Origin: Chromera velia
Lineage: Eukaryota
DNA length: 53,421 nt
Direction: 5' to 3'
Assembly (NCBI GenBank): GCA_018398765.1
Contig: JAHBMJ010000228.1
Coordinates: 1-53,421 of the forward strand
Part shown: positions 49,101 through 53,421 of the stretch, in pieces
How the letters are laid out: each line of letters opens with the position of its first letter
Numbering within the stretch: the stretch's first letter is position 1
The notes under the pieces: model-generated
Seen by the model: the letters and a program-made list of their open reading frames with translations, nothing else
Databases searched by the model: none
Told to the model about the DNA's origin: nothing
Position numbers and translations under genes: made by a program

Positions 49101-52100
49101 CACGACACGCTTCTCTCCTCAACCATCGGAAGCAAAAGATCCAAAACATCCCCGCAGTCCCCATGGACACGAAGATGGGGCTCCACCGTAATGCCGAATT
49201 GGGTCTCCTCCACCTCCACCTGTGCCACCCCTCCTCTCCCCTCCTTTGCCGCCTGCTGAGCAACAGGGGTGTACCTCTTGATCACCCCTGTCGTCCTATC
49301 ATCAAAACGGGACCCCAGGGAAACCACCACGTCCGCGTTTTGGATCGCCAGGTTCCCGTATGCGCTCCCGTGCATGCCCAGCATGTGCAGAGACAGCGGG
49401 TGGGTCTCATCGAAAACCCCCATGCCGTGAATGGTGGAAGTTGTGGGAATCGAGGCCTTCACAGCCAACTCCCGTGCTTGCCGGGATGCACCCACACACC
49501 CCTGAACAAAGTCAATCAAAAAGCACTTCGAGCGTCCATGCAGAAGAGAAGTTCTACAGGCTTGAGGAGAGTAAGATGACATCATGCTTCCGCTATGTCA
49601 AATAGGGAAAGAAAAGCTTTCAATCGAGAGGGCTACAGAAGGAATGTCTAAGAAAAGTGAAAGAAAGAAAAGAAGAGACAAAGAGACCGACTGACCGACC
49701 TGTCCGATGAGCAGGAGCGGTTTCTTGGCTTTGTTGATCATCTCTGCCAATTTCTTCACCATCTGCAGATCAGGTCGGGGTTTCTTCCATCGAGTCAGGT
49801 CACGTTCCAAATCAGGACGGGCAAGGGGTACCTCCCCCCCTTTCTTCTCCTTCTCACCGTCTGCAAACACCCGTCTCACCCATGTCTTCTGTGCGAAGAC
49901 ATCTTTCGGGACGTCCACGTGGGTGGGCCCCGGCCGTCCCGTAGTTGCTCTTCTGAAGGCTTCCTCAACGCCCTGCAGCCAGAAAGAAGAACAAGCAGAA
50001 AGACGCTCACGTGGATACAAGTACTGATTCTCTACATGTGGTTCTATTTCCCTCTCTCACACACACGTAGACAGACTTACAGATCCAGCCTCCAAATGTG
50101 CATGCATGAAAGAGGAATCGCAGAGACTGTGGGTATTTTATGCGAAAAGAAGTGTGTGCTTGGGGTGGCCACACTTCTGAACAACCGAAGGAAAAACAAA
50201 GCACAAAACAGCCCACCAACCGACCCACCCACCCACCCACCCACCCAAACAAGCGTGTCGATGTTGTCTGCCCTCAAATTCCACTTCGTGCAAGCTCTTG
50301 TCAAATCGACAGCGGGAGCCTCCTGCATAGGTTTGAACGAAAACACGGGACAGTATTTTGAGCTCCTGTAGATTTGAGTGAAGCTCAAACTTCTGGACTA
50401 ATCTGTATACGGAGCCTCACGGAAAACAAAGTAAGTGTTACAAGTAACATATTAATATAAGCACAGAACAGCACATTCAGGGCAGCGAAGGGATACGGAA
50501 AAGAAGAAAGAGGCAGGTACTCACTTATGGTGCCTTGTCAATGCACACAGACGCACATACAGAGGGCTGCGTGGGCAAGCACTTGCCTCCTCATCCCAGC
50601 CGTGTACACACACGCACACCAAGAAAGAGAGAGAGGGGGGGGAGAAGGCGGCTGACCTGAAAAGCATCAGTGCCAATCGCGGCAGTCGGGACCTGTCCCG
50701 AGATCACTGCAGGGTTTTTTTTTTCACATACAGGGGGGATGAGGTGCGGCAGGCAATTTAGCAGAGGGGCATGCAGGCGAAAGAAAGAAAGAGAATGACC
50801 GACCAAGCTGACAGGCAATGAGGGGAAGAGTAGGGTAGGACTGTGTGACTTGAGTGAGAGGAAACGGCAGTGTGAGCAAAAGAGAGCGTGGGGTGTAGAA
50901 AGATAAGAGGAACACACAAAGAAAGAGAGCCGGTCTTTGACTGACAAACTAGAGGGACGCCGTCTGTCTTGGCGTCTTGTAACGCGGTGATGGTGTTGGT
51001 AAGTCCTGCAGAGGGCAAGAAGGGGGGCCTGTGCGTATGCATGGAATGCATACAAATTGATGATGGAGGAAGGGAAGGGAGCGAATCTCAAAGTCACGGC
51101 TGACAACAAAGGGAGGCAATTCGGTCTGTCCGTCACCGAATGCTTTACTTCATTTCACGCGCATGCCCACGACCTCAGAAGGAAAAGAGAAACAACCCAT
51201 CCAGCATCGACTGACCAGGACCACTAGTCACGCACACAAGTGCCACCTTTCCAGTTGCCTTGGCTGCCCCCATCCCTGCGTGACCACTGCACTGCTCATG
51301 CGAATTCGTGACGAACTCAATTCCCCCCCTTCGATAGAATGAGTCCAGGAGGGGCAAAACTGCACCACCCGAGTATCCAAACGCAAACTGCACTTTCCAA
51401 TTCAACGCTACTTGATGGATCACGTCAGCACCTGTCATCTCGACATACTCCTCTCCATCAATCATCGCACACCTTCTTCCCTTGGCGTCAGTCCACTCAG
51501 AGGAGGCCTCCCCCCCCTCTGGCCCCGCCCTCATTCTCTCTTGGACCTTTTCCGAAGACCCAGAGAGTCCCCTTCCACCCTCGTGCTTTGAGAGCAGAGC
51601 CTCCAAATCAGAGAGGAAAGCCCCACTGTCCATAACCAGACGCTCCACGTCGTCCTGAATGGGTCCGGAGGACAGCAGAGAGGACTTCCTCGGACTTCCT
51701 GACAGAGTAGCCACAGTCTTCGCCCTCTTGAGGAGCTCCCGAGTCCGCCGTAGTGCCCCGTCTGTATTCATCTCAGATGCTGATGCGGCGAGGGCGGCTT
51801 CTGCGTCCTTCCCCGGCAACAGAGCGCGCTCATCTCCGTTCACATGAGGCCGGGAGGCCGTCTCGTCGGGAGAGTACGAAAGCTGTTCGTTAACTGCCTG
51901 GAGAGAGTGCAGGGAGGTGCTCTGACGCTCCCTCTCTGCAGAAAGACGACTGGAAGGGGGGCCTGTACTCTCATTCCTCTGTCTCTCTACACGTTCTCTT
52001 GGGCTGAAACCACCAAGGCCGTGAAATGAGAAGGCAGAGACAAGGTTAGCGTCTAGAAGCAGCACAGCGAATGTGCACACGACTGCAACAGACAGGGAAC

Positions 52101-52140
52101 AGGGATCTCTCCGTCCCCCTTTCCTCCTCGCGCGAGTCAT
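46193..52140 (-). CDS. ALS: Acetolactate synthase (AHAS) catalytic subunit with bipartite leader
   Basis: Spliced motifs FGYSGGAVLP, SHEQCSGH, VTSGPG-LTNTIT, ISGQVPTAAIGTDAFQE, GRPGPTHVDVPKD, MLGMHGSAY, GSRFDDRTTG, TTGVGNHQM, SGSLGVMGVGLP, ThDP motif DGDSSFNM..MNDG, C-terminus CLPMVQPGKALDDM..GLAPS* (TAA 46193-95). ATG at 52140; signal peptide ends VSA-F. Confidence 0.95.
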
Positions 52141-53372
52141 GACCACCAGCAGCACGGGGGTACAAAGAGAGTTCAGAACTTCTGAGACAGACTGGCTTGC
52201 TTCCGCACAGATACTTCGACTATGGGAAGAAAGAGGGATTCAGGAAGGTGATGTCACTCTGCAACAGCCAATCGATCAGTCTCGTTGAAGAGCCCAGAAT
52301 GAGGGGGGGGTCTTTCGCAGTCCTGAAGGTTAAGCTGCAGGACCACGCAAACACAAACAGACATAAGCTGATCCGCGTCTCTGCTTCTCTGCTTGGAAGC
52401 TGAGCCGAGAGCTGAAGTGCAAACAGAAGAGATACAAGCAAAGTCTTCAGTGTAATCATGTGTAATCTTATATCGGCTCAGTGCGTGACAGACTGACCTT
52501 TTCGGCAAGAAATCGCACAACAACGCTTTTCGGGCCTGCGCGATGCATGCATGAAAGCTGGACCTTCAAAGCAGAGACCACATTACAATCCCCCGCGGTT
52601 CCCAGGACAGCGTAGTATATGTCAGCGAAGCAGAAGTTGGTGACAGAGAGGTCGTGGATCCTGGATCAGCTGCTGTCTTGCTCATGTATTCGTTAAGTGC
52701 ACAGATTTTGTTGTTGAATCCCACGTAAAGATGACGATTCGGGTTCTTTCCTGTCTCCTCGCCTCCGGCATCCTTTGTCACCTCTCCGAGTCGGCAGGTT
52801 CAGGCAGGCACGAGCAACCAGCGGCATTCGGTGCCCTGTTTGGAAGTGGACGGAATCGTCAACGTTTCCGACGGGCTCTACGAGTCTCGTCAGCTTCTCC
52901 GCGCAGTTTCCCAGTCTCTCGGATTGGAGACGGACAGTTTGCCGTCTCCTCTGTCTCTTCCCAGCTTCGGCCAACAACCCTGCTGCAGGCGGCTGCAGGC
53001 CTGGCCTCCCAGAATGTGCCGGCAAAGGAAAAGAGGATCCTCATCGCAGGTCTCTCTCTCTTGAAGTGCTTGACTCCGCCCATCAATTCTGTGTCCCTCC
53101 AATCTTGCTCTTTCTAAACCCGTAAACCCGATATGATCACCATGCACCCACGCCAATCACCCCAGACCAAACTTCCCAGACCGAGCTAGACCTGCAGCTC
53201 CCTTGTAGTGCACCCCTAGCCTGTACGGTTTCCCGGAAACGTGGTTGCAGGTGCCGGACCGTGCGGCCTGACGACAGCAATTTTGTTAGCAAGACGGGGC
53301 TACAAAAACGTTCAGGTAGGTATGGGATCGAAAGAAAAAGTGGGAGAGGGGTATTTCCGTATGTGTGCATCC

Positions 53373-53373
<1 letters not shown>

Positions 53374-53421
<48 letters not shown>
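53374..53421. repeat. (CT)n microsatellite at window end
   Basis: Direct run. Confidence 0.95.

Noticed and set aside
48890..49110. About 70-aa in-frame insertion in ALS
   Set aside because: Cannot tell a stop-free intron from a low-complexity loop without transcripts
52566..53370. Overlapping short ORFs at the window end
   Set aside because: No recognisable domain, and coding frame and strand cannot be determined

Overview
Intron-rich eukaryotic DNA with microsatellite-filled GT-AG introns. A chromerid alveolate such as Chromera velia is my inference from gene style, a plastid-type bipartite leader and TGCATG motifs; it is not verified. From left to right: the 3' part of a Kv-type K+ channel gene (+), an LRR pseudogene (-), a long-TIR modular DNA element carrying a complete but C->T-riddled chromoviral Ty3/Gypsy LTR retrotransposon (5-bp TSD GCCCC), an ankyrin-HET-ankyrin gene (+), a low-complexity ORF (-), a CDPK-like pseudokinase (+), a Siva-like Zn-finger gene (+), a prominin/tweety-like five-TM gene (+) and a probably plastid-targeted acetolactate synthase (-). 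Five sharply bounded AT-rich, TpA/CTAG-rich islands lie between genes. The strongest leads are (1) a methylation/RIP-like C->T signature at CpG and CpA in repeats and islands, and (2) a HET (TIR-like) domain inside an ankyrin protein that sits head-to-head with an LRR gene. Exon boundaries and alignments were done by eye.
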